A program made the translations under genes and the position numbers. Of a stretch of DNA of 64,000 nucleotides, positions 1 through 11,567 are shown in pieces. This DNA comes from Squalus acanthias (taxonomy: Eukaryota): assembly GCA_030390025.1 (NCBI GenBank), contig JASTWF010000069.1, forward strand, positions 992,001 through 1,056,000, read 5' to 3'. A model generated the notes under the pieces. That model did no database searches. It saw only the letters and a list, made by a program, of their open reading frames with translations, and had not been told where the DNA came from. Numbering within the stretch: position 1 is the first letter of the stretch; every line of letters begins with the position of its first letter.

Positions 1-194
1 ACTCCAAGGATCACAATCGTGAGTCGTCACAGTTTCGCCATCGGACCCGGCTGTCTGGAGACCTGAGAGATGGTGACTGTTCCCTGATTATAAACAACAT
101 CACACAGCGAGACGCAGGACCTTATTATTTCAGAATAGAATTTGACAACAGTGATCTGTTTAACTACTACCCTGAACACAGCTTCATGTTTCTG
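1..194 (+). CDS. Siglec-like gene A, V-set Ig exon (5'-partial; 1-bp deletion near the 3' end)
   Basis: Frame from nt 3: SKDHNRESSQFRHRTRLSGDLRDGDCSLIINNITQRDAGPYYFRIEFDNSDLFNYYP. It has the Siglec E-strand Cys (DCSL) and the F-strand essential Arg (YYFRIE). Donor TCTG|GTAAGT at 194/195. Near-identical to the V exons at 32812-33177 and 42800-43165. Confidence 0.9.
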
Positions 195-994
195 GTAAGT
201 GCTGGGTTATAATTACTCCACAATTCACGCTCAACAGTCAGTGGGAAATAACATAAACTGTGGCGGTTACACATTAACACAAAACACAGCTTATTATAAC
301 ACAGCGTCTGATTATCAATAACCTGGCGATACCTTCCAGTTCAGTCCTAAAGCAACCTCTAATACTCACTTTATTATCAATGATTGAATGTCTTGACTGT
401 GTCCATCATTGTTATCAGGTTATCGACTCCTATCTATCTCTCTAATTGTGTTTAAAAGTCTTACATACAGACAAAAGACAGTCTCACATTTCTCCAGCAC
501 CTTTCACCACCTCAGGAGGTCCCAAAGCGCTTCACAGACAATGAAGTTCTTTTTTTGAAGTGTGGTCACTGTTGTAATGTAGGAAACGTGGCAGCCAGTT
601 TGCGCACAGCAAGCTCCCACAAACAGCAATGTGATAATGACCAGAACATCTGGTTTAACACTTCAAAAGTACTTCATTGGCTGTGAAGCGCTTTGGGACG
701 TCCTGAGGTCATGAAATGCGCTGTAGGAATGCAAGTCTTTCTTTTATGTTTTGGTTGAGTGATCATTGCAAATTGTTTCTGTCCTGCCGTGGAGAAGATT
801 TAATTTAACATTGGCAGAGATCTCTGAGCGAGTGGAGAGCCAGTGTTCCTGGGGCTGTGACCAGGTCCTCCACCCCGAACCAGTATTGTCAATTCAAGTA
901 TCTCAGAGAGAAAGTGCATTAAGCTCAGTGACAGACACTCCGCAAACCCTGGAAATAGGAAACAATGTTTTCTTATACATTCACACAAAGTTAC

Positions 995-1450
995 ATAGAG
1001 ACTACCGCTCAGAAAGAGGCCATTCAGCACAACTGGTCCATCCCGGTGTTTATGCTCCACACCAGCCTCCTCCCACCCCTCTTCATCTCACCCCATCAAC
1101 ATATCCTTCTATTCCTTTCTCCCTCATGTGTTTATTCAGCTTCCCCTTAAATGCATCTCTGCTCTTCGCCTCAACCACTCCCTGTGGTAGCGAGTTCCCC
1201 ATTCTCACCACTCTCTGGGGAAAGAAGTTTCTCCTGAATTCCCTATTGGATTTATCAGTGACTATCTTATATTGATGGCCCCTAGTTCTGGTCTCCCCCA
1301 CAAGTGGAAACATCTTCTCTACGTCTACCCTATCGAAACCCTTCATAATTTTAAAGACCTCTATCAGGTCACCCCTCAGCCTTCTCTTTTCTAGAGAAAA
1401 GAGCCCCAGCCTGTTCAATCTTTCCTGATCGTTGTAACCTCTCAGTTCTG
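995..1450 (-). mobile_element. CR1 LINE 3' fragment in the V-C2 intron (also present in the paralogous introns at about 31.55-32.0 kb and 41.3-42.1 kb)
   Basis: ORF 1083-1418 LGLFSLEKRRLRGDLIEVFKI...RTRGH is the CR1 ORF2 C-terminus. Confidence 0.85.
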
Positions 1451-1554
1451 GTATTATCCGTGTAAAAGTACTTTCTCTTGCGGGACTGTGATTTCTATTT
1501 GAACTGATGCCTCACGTTATATTTATCTAAAAGGATCCATTCTCTGTGTGTTAG

Positions 1555-1848
1555 ATTTCACAGATAAACCCAGGATATTCCCTGCTGAAATGATTGCAGG
1601 AAAGCGTGTGAACGTAAGCTGCACCTTCAACACCACGTGCACTGGAACAGCACCTGTCTTAACCTGGGTCAATCCCACTGACGTACCCGGGTCAGTCTCA
1701 AACAGTGTAACTCAGCATGGCGTCACTCTGACATATACTTCTGTTCTGTCCCTGATTCCATCACTCAAACACCACGGACAAACTCTCACCTGCAGAGTCA
1801 GATATCCATCTGTTTCATCGGAACAGACCCTCGCACTCACTGTGCAAT
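1555..1848 (+). CDS. Siglec-like gene A, C2-set Ig exon 1 (CD33-type C2 domain)
   Basis: TTAG|ATTTCA acceptor, AAT|GTAAGT donor, phase 1-1, 294 nt. DFTDKPRIF...VSCTFNTTCTG...LTW...HHGQTLTCRV has the extra Cys typical of Siglec domain 2. Confidence 0.92.
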
Positions 1849-2078
1849 GTAAGTACGGATATCCTTAAATTTAATTACCCGTGCTAGTCTACATTGCGCA
1901 CGGCAAGATCCCACAAAGGGCAACATGGTGAGGCCTAGATCAGAAAATTTTTATTGATAAATATTGACAAGAACACTGGGGAGAACACTTCTTTAAATCG
2001 TGTCATCGGATCTTTAACTTCCACCTGAGAGGGCAGATGGGGCCTTTGTTTAACATCTTATCTGAAAGACACCACATC

Positions 2079-2800
2079 CGACAATGCAGTGCTCCCTCAG
2101 TACTGCCCCTGCGACAGTGTGGCGCTCCCGCAGTGCTGCCACTCCAACAGAGCTGCACTGTCTCAATACTGCCCCTCCAACAGTGCTGCACTCCCTCAGT
2201 ACTGCCCCTCCGACAGTGCAGCGCTCCCCCAGTACTGCCCCTCCGACAGTGCGGTGCTCCCTCAGTACTGCCCCTCCGACATTGCGGCGCTCCCTCAGTA
2301 TTGCCCCTCCGACAGTGCGGCGCTCCATCAGTAATGCCCCTCCGACAGTGAAGGTCTCCCTCAGTACTGCCCCTCCGACAGTGCAGCTCTCCCTCAGTAA
2401 TGCCCCGCCGACAGTGCGGCGCTCCCTCAGTACTGCCCCTCCGACAGTGCGGCGCTCCCTCAGTACTGCACCTCCGAAAGTGCGGCGCTCCCTCAGTACT
2501 ACCCCTCCAACAGTGCGGCACTTCCTCAGTACTGCCCCTCCGACAGTGCGGTGCTCCCTCAGTTCTGCCCCTCCGACAGTGCAGTGCTCCCTCGGTACTA
2601 CCCCTCCAACAGTGCGGCACTTCCTCAGTACTGCCCCTCCGACAGTGCGGCGCTCCCTCAGTACTGCCCCTCCGACAGTGCGGCGCTCCCTCAGTACTGC
2701 CCCTCCGACAGTGCGGCGCTCCCTCAGTACTGCCCCTCCGAAAGTGCAGCGCTCCCTCAATACTACCCCTCAGACAGTGCGGCGCTCCCTCAGTGCTGCA
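2079..2800 (+). repeat. 33-bp minisatellite (CAGTACTGCCCCTCCGACAGTGCGGCGCTCCCT)n inside a SINE remnant
   Basis: About 22 tandem units; preceded by SINE body sequence (CCACCTGAGAGGGCAGA...). Confidence 0.95.
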
Positions 2801-2924
2801 CTAAAGTGTCTGCCTGGATTACGTGCTTCGTAATGAAGGAACTTGCTTTGATATCACACCTTTGACGATCTCAGGGTCTCTCAAAGTGCTTCACAGCCGA
2901 TGTAAGTTAACTTTTGCTGATCAT

Positions 2925-3300
2925 CTTAAAGGAGGAGAGAGAGGCGGAGAGGTTGAGGGAGGGAATTCCAGAGCTCGGGACCCAGGCGGCTGAAGGCACG
3001 GCCGCCAATGGTGGAGCGATGGAAATCGGGGGGATGCTCAAGAGGCCAGAATTGGAGGAAGGCAGAGATCTGGGAGTGTTGTAGGGGCTGGTGGAGGTTA
3101 CAGAGATAGTGAGGGGCGAGGGCCATGGAGGGATTGGAACATGAGGATCAGAGTCTTAAATTGGAGGTGTTGCCGGACCGGGAGCCAATGTAGGTCAGCG
3201 AGCAACAGGGGGGTGATGGGTGAGTGGGACACGCGGCAGCAGTTTTCGGAGGGACTGAAGTTTACAGAGGGTGGAAGATGGGAGCGCCGGCCAGGAGAGT
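2925..3300 (-). mobile_element. L2/CR1-group LINE 3' fragment
   Basis: ORF 2926-3126 ...GGRAFSRLGPELWNSLP; related pieces at about 49.5-49.85 kb and 60.1-60.4 kb. Confidence 0.7.
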
Positions 3301-3340
3301 GTGGGAATTACCTGCTGATTCTCCTCTGGTCTTGTTCCAG

Positions 3341-3616
3341 ATCCACCCAAGGAGACGACAGTGGCCATCAGCGGAGCCACGGGCGGAATAAGAGAGGGAA
3401 GCAACATCACGTTAACCTGCTCCAGCGAAAGCGTCCCCCCGGCATCGAGTTACACCTGGTTCAGGATCGACGGAGACACGATCACCCAGTTAAACACAAG
3501 TGCTCGGTCCATCTACTTCAGACACGTAACACGGGAGGATGATGCCGGTTTCTACTGCACAGCGAGGAACCCATTGGGTATCGGCAGGTCCACCATTGTA
3601 CACCTGTGTGTGGAAT
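3341..3616 (+). CDS. Siglec-like gene A, C2/I-set Ig exon 2
   Basis: TTCCAG|ATCC acceptor, GAAT|GTAAGT donor, phase 1-1. YPPKETTVAISG...EGSNITLTCSSESVPPASSYTWF...DAGFYCTARNPLG is a canonical Ig domain. Confidence 0.9.
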
Positions 3617-3969
3617 GTAAGTAGTTTCCTCTGTCTGTCTCTTATTAAAACTCAGGCACTTCCTGTCTGTGAAGAGCGTACATCCTGTCGTCACCTGTCC
3701 AGTGTCCACTTTTCCAGTTAACTCCCGTGTCCACATCACCAATGGACACTGCCTATGTAAACGTCACGCTGTAATTACACCCTCCCACCAGTGGTGACGT
3801 TGCAGTATTCAATCCTTGCGTCTCCCAGCTCCTCAGCCTGTGCTAGGCTCCAACCAACTCTACTCCCCAATTTGGTACAGATTTAATTGGAAATAAAATA
3901 TGACTTTAAAATGGTTACATTTTACAAGCCAATCTATTGCTTATTGAAAGCTACACCTGCGCTCCCTGT

Positions 3970-4870
3970 AGCTGATGACTGCACAGTGTTCAGCGCCATT
4001 CACAACTCCTCAGATAATGAAGCAGTCCATGCCCGCATGCAACAAGACCTGGACGACGTTCAGGCTTGGGCTGATAAGTGGCAGGTAACATTCGCGCCAA
4101 ACAAGTGCCAGGCAATGACCATCTCCAACAAGCGAGAGTCTAACCACCACCCCTTCACATTCAACGGCATTATCATCACTGAATCCCCCCACCATCAACA
4201 TCCTGGGGGGTCACCATTAACCAGAAACTTAACTGGACCAGCCACATAAATACTGTGGCAACAAGACCAGGTCAGAGGCTGGGTATTCTGCAGCGAGTGT
4301 CTCACCTCCTGTCTCCCCAAAGCCTTTCCAACATCTACAAGGCACAAGTCAGGAGTGTGATGGAATACTCTCCACTTGCCTGGATGAGTGCAGCTCCAAC
4401 AACACTCGAGAAGCTCGACACCATCCAGGACAAAGCAGCCCGCTTGATCGGCACCCCATCCACCACCTTAAACATTCACTCCCTCCACCACCGGCGTACC
4501 GTGGCTGCAGTGTGTACCATCTACAAGATGCACTGCAGCAACTCGCCAAGGCTTCTTCAGCAGCACCTCTCAAACCCGCAACCTCTTCCACCTAGAAGGA
4601 CAAGGGCAGCAGGCGCATGGGAACACCACCACCTCCAAGTTCCCCTCTAAGTCACACACCATCCTGACTTGGAAATATATTGGCCGTTCCTTCATCGTCG
4701 CTGGGTCAAAATCCTGGAACTCCCTCCCTAACAGCACTGTGGGAGCACCTTCACCACATGGACTGCAGCGGTTCAAGAAGGCGGCTCACCACCACCTTCT
4801 CAAGGGGCATCTAGGGATGGGCAATAAATGCCGGCCTTGCCAGCGACGCCCACATCCCGAGAATGAATTA
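3970..4870 (+). mobile_element. CR1-superfamily LINE (second family), 5'-truncated RT C-terminus and 3' end
   Basis: ADDCTVFS...WADKWQVTFAPNKC; IYKAQVRSVMEYSPLAW; frameshifted. Confidence 0.8.
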
Positions 4871-5544
4871 AAAATAAAATTTACAGGACAGAAATTATTT
4901 TGTGATTCACGTGAGATGGTGTGTGTACGTGAGAAGTGAGCTGGATCAAGTCATTTCCCTCAAGCCTGTGATCGCTCCCTGAGTAAAGATGACTTGATTC
5001 GCGCAGTGCACTGTACTGGCTACTTCATCTCACCCCATCAACACATCCTTCTATTCCTTTCTCCCTCGTGTGTTTATCCAGCTTCCCCTTAAATGCATCG
5101 CTGCGATTCGCCGCAACCACTCCCTGCGGTGGCGGGTTCCACATTCTCCCCACTCTCTGGGTAACGAGCAGAAGTGATTATTAAGCGGGGCGTGTAACGG
5201 GAGTCCGATCCGATAGCGCCCCAACTGCACAACTGCCCGTCATGAATTTTCACCCTGTGATAAATGTTTCCAGATCATTCTACAGCACAACCCTGCACAC
5301 GTCAATAGATCAGGACCTTGGACAGGGTGTAAAACAGTCCACTAACGCCAGCGTTCCACCCTGAGGAGCGAGTTACAATTGCTCCCTCTCACAGTGTTTG
5401 CCATGAAATCATTCCTTACAGATGTTTTAGTCGATGTATGAATGTGACACCAAATATTCCAGTAATATTAAGCTTGATTGCTGATCGCACAGCGAGGGAT
5501 CGAAAGCGGAGAGTAAGTCATCGTTTCTTGCTGTATGTTTCCAG

Positions 5545-5714
5545 GCACTCTGCACACGATTCAGATCCTGGGAATACGAGCTGCGATATTCATTCTCGCC
5601 GTCATCGCCACTGTCACTGGGGTTCGCGTCTGGGACCGAAGACCAGCTAAAGGAAGCCGAGAGCCTGTTGAGAGCTGTGAGGATACGGGAGTCGATCGGG
5701 AATCAGCGGCCTGA
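5545..5714 (+). CDS. Siglec-like gene A, terminal exon: transmembrane helix with Arg plus short Tyr-free tail (activating type)
   Basis: TTTCCAG|GC acceptor; phase 1 matches the previous exon. Translation (C)TLHTIQILGIRAAIFILAVIATVTGVRVWDRRPAKGSREPVESCEDTGVDRESAA*, Arg codon at 5577-5579, TGA at 5712-5714. Confidence 0.82.
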
Positions 5715-5940
5715 CCACTTATTTCATCGGACAACTGACTAAAGCCGAGCGCTCGCCCCCACGAGCACACTTCTCATTGCTAGAAAAGCGAGGGAAAGAA
5801 CAAGGGAGACTCAGAGCCGCCTGCAGCTTATCTTTTATCTCTTTCTCAATCAGTGGGAACGCGCAAAGCTTTGTGAGTCGTTGAAACATAACCAAATACA
5901 AATCCCTTTTGCTAATTTTCAGCATTAAGCTTTGCTAGAT

Positions 5941-6528
5941 TGTAGTTTAATATTAAGATTTCTAGTTTACAGTTTTATTAATTTAGTCTCATTTCTCCTC
6001 TGTTAGAATCAGGGGAAAGTCTATTAAAGTCTAGATTTTATTTACAGTGGGAACCCATTGTCCTCTAGTTCCTGGGTTGCCTTATCTCCATGGAAACAGA
6101 AAGCAAGCACCGAAAGAGCTTGTGCTGAGGGTAAAAAGCAGATAAGGGAGGCCCAGAGCCTGTGCCTGGACACAGAGAACCCGCCGTGCCTATGGTTGGA
6201 TGGGTTTCTCCACAGTTCCGGCTCTTGGGGGACATCCTGGTGGGTTTGGTCTGGGTCTCAGTGTAGAAGGGCCAGCAAGGACACCGATCCGGACAGGTGC
6301 AGACACGCAGGGGGAGGAGGAGGATCGGGGGAAACGGGCCAGGCCTTCTACTCAAAGGGGGCAACAGCGGGTAATCCAATTCTCAATCGTACTTTGTAAA
6401 CTGATGCTCAGATACCGAGTGTATTCGGTCTCACTGCTGCTTCAATAAAACCAGAACTCTTACCAATACGGAGTCAGCTTCGAACCATTGACCAGACAGT
6501 CCACAGGGAATCCAAATCCATTCTTACA
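5941..6528 (+). mobile_element. Possible solo LTR downstream of the gene A stop codon
   Basis: TGTAG...TTACA ends, about 590 bp, AATAAA at 6444; no TSD recognised. Confidence 0.35.
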
Positions 6529-6549
6529 TAAGAACATAAGAAATAGGAG

Positions 6550-7475
6550 CAAATTTCTAAATTTGCCGATGACACCAAACTTGGGGGTGTGGCAAACAGT
6601 GATGATGACATCAATCGACTGCAACAGGACATAGAAAGGCTAGCAGAATGGGCAGACAAGTGGCAGATAGAATTTAATACAGAGAAGTGTGAGGTGATGC
6701 ATTTTGGCAGAAGGAACAGGGATTGGCAATATACACTTAATGGCACAGTTTTAAAGAGTGTGCAGGGACAGAGGGACCTGGGAGTTAATGTGCATAGGTC
6801 CCTGAAGGTGGCAGTACATATTAAGAGAGTGCTTAAAAAAGAATATGGGATCTTGGGCTTCAGAAATAGAGGTATTGAGTACAAAAGTAGAGAAGTTATG
6901 CTGAACATTTATTAAGTGCTGGTTAGGCCACAACTGAAGTATTGCATCCAGTTCTGGTCACCACACTTTAGGAAGGATGTGAAGGCACTTGAGAGGGTGC
7001 AGAAGAGATTTACCAGAATGGTTCCGGGGATGGGGGTTCTTAGCTACAAGGACAGGTTGGAGAAGCTGGATTTGTTATCATTAGTGCAAAGGAGGTTGAG
7101 GGGTGATTTGATGGAGGTGTACACGATTATGATGGGTTTGGATAGGCTAGATGGGGAAAGGCTGTTCCCACTAGTTGATGGTACAAGGACTAGGGGACAC
7201 AGATTTAAGATTTTGGGCAAGAGATACAGGGGGGCCGTGAGGAAAAGCTTTTTTACACAGCGAGTGGTGAGGACCAGGAACTCGCTGCCGACGGAAGTGG
7301 TGGAAGCGGAGACACTCAATGTTTTCAAGGGGAGACTGGATAGCCACTTGAGGGAAATAAACTTGCAGTGTTACGGGGATAGAGCGGGGGAATGGGACTG
7401 ACTGGATTGCTCTACAGCGAGCCGGCACGGACTTGATGGGCCGAATGGCCTCCTTCTGTGCCGTTATGACTCTAT
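6550..7475 (+). mobile_element. CR1 LINE, 5'-truncated, degenerate
   Basis: SKFADDTKLGG RT motif through the C-terminus (ORFs 6589-6915, 6916-7401), followed by the 3'UTR tail. Confidence 0.9.
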
Positions 7476-8035
7476 GGGGCAGAAATTCAGTATCGCCCCA
7501 TTTGGGGCGCAATTATCGGCCGGGCGCAAAGATTAGCGCCTGGCGCAAATTATCGCCACCGACTGCAAACTTGACTTTTATCGCCCCTGGAGGCGATTGG
7601 AGTGCTAAATCAGGCGCTGCACACCTGTCTTGAGGCACAAAGACCGAGGAGCGAGGCGCTACCTCAGAGCGCTGGCGAAGTTCATGTAATGTCAGTCAGC
7701 AATGGAACACACACACAATGGCATGGGCCAGTTCTTAAAGGGGATGGTTAATCTTGCTTTCCAACCACATCCTGCTCATTGCAGCCTTGAATCTCGGCCT
7801 GGAGAGACCTGCACATCAAATCTGCTGGAAAGAACAATGGAGAGTACCAGGCAAGGAGCTCAGAGTGCAGCCCCCACAGTCTCTTCAAAATCGATACAAG
7901 GAATGGCAAATCAAAATGAACCTGCAAAGTGCTGCTCAGTACCCAAAACTCCTTCACACAACGTTGAATCTCTCCAGAAGTCTCTCTCTCTCTCTCTCTC
8001 AGAATGCGTAGTTCAAAAATGGAACCAACAATACA

Positions 8036-8262
8036 AGGCAGGAAGCGGTCACCTTTAAATAGCGCCCCCCCTTTCCCTTCATGACTGCAGAACGCTCCCC
8101 TCAACCTGTCGTCGCTAGCGTCAGGCGGTAAGGCAGGGGGCGCCACTCAGGCAGGAAGCGGTCACCTTTAAATAGCGCCCCCCCTTTCCCTTCATGACTG
8201 CAGAACGCTCCCCTCAACCTGTCGTCGCTAGCGTCAGGCGGTAAGGCAGGGGGCGCCACTCA
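8036..8262. repeat. Near-perfect tandem duplication of about 114 bp
   Basis: GGAAGCGGTCACCTTTAAATAGCGCCCCCC...GGCGCCACTCA begins at both 8041 and 8155. Confidence 0.9.
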
Positions 8263-8324
8263 ATAAGTCGGCCATTCGGGCCCTCGAGCCTGCCAAGCCA
8301 TTCAATGAGATCATGGCTGATCTG

Positions 8325-8760
8325 ATAGCAAAATACTGCGGATGCTGGAAATCCAAAATAACAACAGAAAACGCTGTAAAAACTCAGCAGGCCAGGCAGC
8401 ATCCGTGGAGACAGAAACAGAGATAACGTTTCAGGTCGAAGACCTTTCGTCAGAACTGGAAAAAAGCAGGAAATGAAATAGATTTTTAAGCAAGTATAAC
8501 CTGGGAAAAGCGGGAGGGGATGAAAGAACAAAAACGGTCAGTGATAGGATAGAAAGCAGGAGAGATTAAGAGACATTGAGAGACATTAAGAGATATTCAA
8601 GGCAAGAGGAGGTGGTAATGGGACAGGTTGAGGAAGAAAGGATGCTCGAGATGAAGTGTGAAATGCGCTGGCAGAATGAAGGACAAAAATGAGAAGTCGC
8701 ACAACACCAGGTTATAGTCCAACAGATTTATTTAATTTTACAAGCTTTCGGAACAGCTGC
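8325..8760. mobile_element. Penelope-like element fragments
   Basis: ATACTGCGGATGCTGGAAATC...CAGCAGGCCAGGCAGCATC...CGTTTCAGGTCGAAGACC and ACAACACCAGGTTATAGTCCAACAG...GCTTTCGGA resemble common shark Penelope-derived repeats (recalled, not searched). Confidence 0.45.
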
Positions 8761-8887
8761 GAGGGAAAAAAAACAAGGGCCAAACAAAAGGGTGGATAAA
8801 AAAAACCATCCTGTGTTCCTCTTGTCACATTGTAATTACACCCTCCTACCAGTGGTGGCGCTGTAGTGTCGCAGCTCTGCTTCTCAG

Positions 8888-9393
8888 AGGAAATCTTCCG
8901 CTGTGTTTACGATGTTGTTAAGACAGAGGGACCGGGGGCGGGGGAGAATCTTCCCACTGTCTTTAGGATGTTGTTAAGACACAGGGACTGGGGGGAAATC
9001 TTCTGGCTGTGTTTACGATGTTGTCGAGACACAGGGACCAGGGGGGATTTTCCCACTGTCTTTAGGATGTTGTTAAGACACAGGGACCAGGGGGAATCTT
9101 CCGGCTATGTTTACGATGTTGTTAAGACACAGAAACGCGGGGAGAATCTTCCAGCTGTGTTTACGATGTTGTTAAGACACAGGAACGCGGGGGGAATCTT
9201 CTGGCTGTGTTTACGATGTTGTTAAGGCACAGGGACTGGGGGAAATCTTCCGGCTGTGTTTATGATGTTGTTGAGACACAGGGACCAGGGGGGAATCTTC
9301 TGGCTGTGTTTACGATGTTGTTAAGACACAGGGACCAGGGGGAATCTTCCGGCTGTGGTTACGATGTTAAGACAGAGCACTGAGGAAATCTTC
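8888..9393. repeat. About 49-52-bp minisatellite, about 10 copies
   Basis: Unit GGGGGAATCTTCCGGCTGTGTTTACGATGTTGTTAAGACACAGGGACCA. Confidence 0.92.
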
Positions 9394-9641
9394 CTTCACC
9401 TTCAACTTGAGGGCAGGTCCAGGCCTGTCTGTGAGGCCCTCACGACCTCCCTCATCATTGCGATTGAGTTTACTTCAGCACCCAGGACACATTGAACCCT
9501 CCATTGGTTGCTGCTGGGCTTGTTCCAGTATCTCAGACACATTGAACCTCCTCATGGCTGTGGATGGGCAGCTTGGGCACTTCTTGTGGTTTAGCGTTTT
9601 CACCAGACACTCGCTTTTTACCTCTTTATTACTATTCAGAC

Positions 9642-11567
9642 CGTCGAGCCTGTTACACAGGAACAGGAGGAGGCCCATTCAGCCCCTCGAGCCTGTTACA
9701 CATGAACAGGAGGAGGCCCATTCAGCCCCTTGGGACTGTTACACAGGAACAGGAGGAGGCCCATTCAGCCCCTCGAGCCTGTTTCACAGGAACAGAAGCA
9801 GGCACATTCAGCACCTCAAGCCAGTTACACAAGAACAGGAGTAGGCACATTCAGCCCCTCGAGCCTGTTACACAGGAACAGGAGGAGGCCCATTCAGATG
9901 CTCGAGCCTGTTACAGAAGAACAGGAGGAGGCCCATTCAGCCCATCGAGCCTGTTACACAGGAACAGGAGGAGACGCTTTGAGCCCCTCGAGCCAATTAC
10001 ACAGGTAGAGGAGGAGGCGCCTTCAGCCCCTTGGGCCTCTTACACAGGAACAGAAGGAGGCCTATTCATCCCCCTCGAGCCTGTTACACATGAACAGGAG
10101 GAGGCCCATTCAGCCCCTTGGGCCTGTTACACAAGAACAGGAGTAGGCACATTCAGCCCCTCGAGCCTGTTACACAGGAACAGGAGGAGGCCCATTCAGC
10201 CCCTCGAGCCTGCTTCACAGGAACAGGAGGAGGCCCATTCAGCCCCTCGAGTCTATTACACAGGAACAGGAGGAGGCCCATTCAGCCCCTTGAGCCTAAT
10301 ATACAGGTAGAGGAGGAGGCGCCTTCAGCCCCTTGGGTCTGTTACACAGGAACAGGAGGAGGCCTATTCATCCCTCTCGAGCCTGTTACACATGAACAGG
10401 AGGAGGCCCATTCAGCCCCTCGAGCCTGTTTCACAGGAATAGAAGGAGGCACATTCAGCACCTCAAGCCTGTTACACAAGAACAGGAGTAGGCACATACA
10501 GCCCCTCGAGCCTGTTACACAGGAACAGGAGGAGTCCCATTCAGCCCCGCGAGCCTGTTTCACAGGAACAGGAGGAGGCCCATTCAGCCCCTCGAGCCTG
10601 TTACACAGGAATAGGAGGAGTCCCATTCAGCCCCTCGAGCCTGTTACACAGGAACAGGAGGAGGCCCATTCAGATGCTCGAGCCTGTTACAGAAGAACAG
10701 GAGGAGGCCCATTCAGCCCCTCGAGCCTGTTACACAGGAACAGGAGGAGACGCTTTGAGCCCGCTAGATCCTGTTACACAATAATAGGAGGAGGCCCATT
10801 CAGCACCTCGAGCCTTTTACACAAGAACAGATGGAGGCCCATTCAGCCCCTCGAGTCTGTTACACAGGAACAGGAGGTGGCATATTCAGACCATCGAGCC
10901 TGTTACACAAGAACAGGAGGAGTCCCATTCAGCCCCTCGAGCCTGTTTCACAGGAACAGGAGGAGGCCCATTCAGCCCCTCAAGCCTGTTACACAGGAAC
11001 AGGAGGAGTCCCATTCAGCCCCTCGAGCCTGTTACACAAGAACAGGAGGCGGCCCATTCAGATGCTCGAGCCTGTTACAGAAGAACAGGAGGAGGCCCAT
11101 TCAGCCCCTCGAGTCTATTACACAGGAACAGGAGGAGGCCCATTCAGCCCCTCGAGTCTGTTACACAGGAACAGGAGGAGGCCCATTCAGCCCGCTCGAG
11201 CCTGTTACACAGGAACAGGAGGAGGCCCATTCAGCCCCTCGAGCCTGTTACACAGGAACAGGAGAAGGCCCATTCAGCCCCTCGAGCCTGTTACACAGGA
11301 ACAGGAGGAGATTCATTCAAGCACCTGGAGCCTGTTACACAGGAACAGGAGGAGGCCCATTCAGCCCCTCGAGCCTGTTTCACAGGAATAGAAGGAGGCA
11401 CATTCAGCACCTCAAGCCTGTTACACAAGAACAGGAGTAGGCACATTCAGCCCCTCGAGCCTGTTTCACAGGAACAGGAGGAGGCCCATTCAGCCCCCTC
11501 GAGCCTGTTTCACAGGAACAGGAGGAGGCCCATTCAGCCCCCTCGAGCCTGTTTCAGAGGAACAGGA
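9642..11567 (+). repeat. 43-bp satellite (GTTACACAGGAACAGGAGGAGGCCCATTCAGCCCCTCGAGCCT)n
   Basis: About 45 tandem units; opposite orientation to the array at 51.6-58 kb. Confidence 0.95.

Larger units (their letters stand above)
1..5714 (+). pseudogene. Gene A as assembled is frameshifted (possible null allele or pseudogene of an activating Siglec)
   Basis: CCTGAACACAGCTTC at about 171-185 versus CCTGTAACACAGCTTC in both paralogs. The V exon therefore ends in phase 0 while the next exon begins in phase 1, giving ISQINPGYSLLK*. Confidence 0.65.

Noticed and set aside
2003-2865. Mucin-like or Cys-rich repetitive ORFs (STAPPTVRRSL, PQYCPSDSAAL) here and at 21-22, 30.5-31.1, 35-40.7 and 50.8-51.5 kb
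   Set aside because: By-products of a 33-bp repeat that is stop-free in several frames; open on both strands, intronic or intergenic, with no splice context.
3764-3810. ~45-bp motif shared with 8826-8868, weakly CTCF-like
   Set aside because: Poor match to the CTCF consensus; probably a repeat remnant.
9564-11440. Long ORFs in the 43-bp satellite (also 54-58 kb)
   Set aside because: The unit length is not a multiple of 3, so frames cycle through the same three peptides; non-coding satellite.
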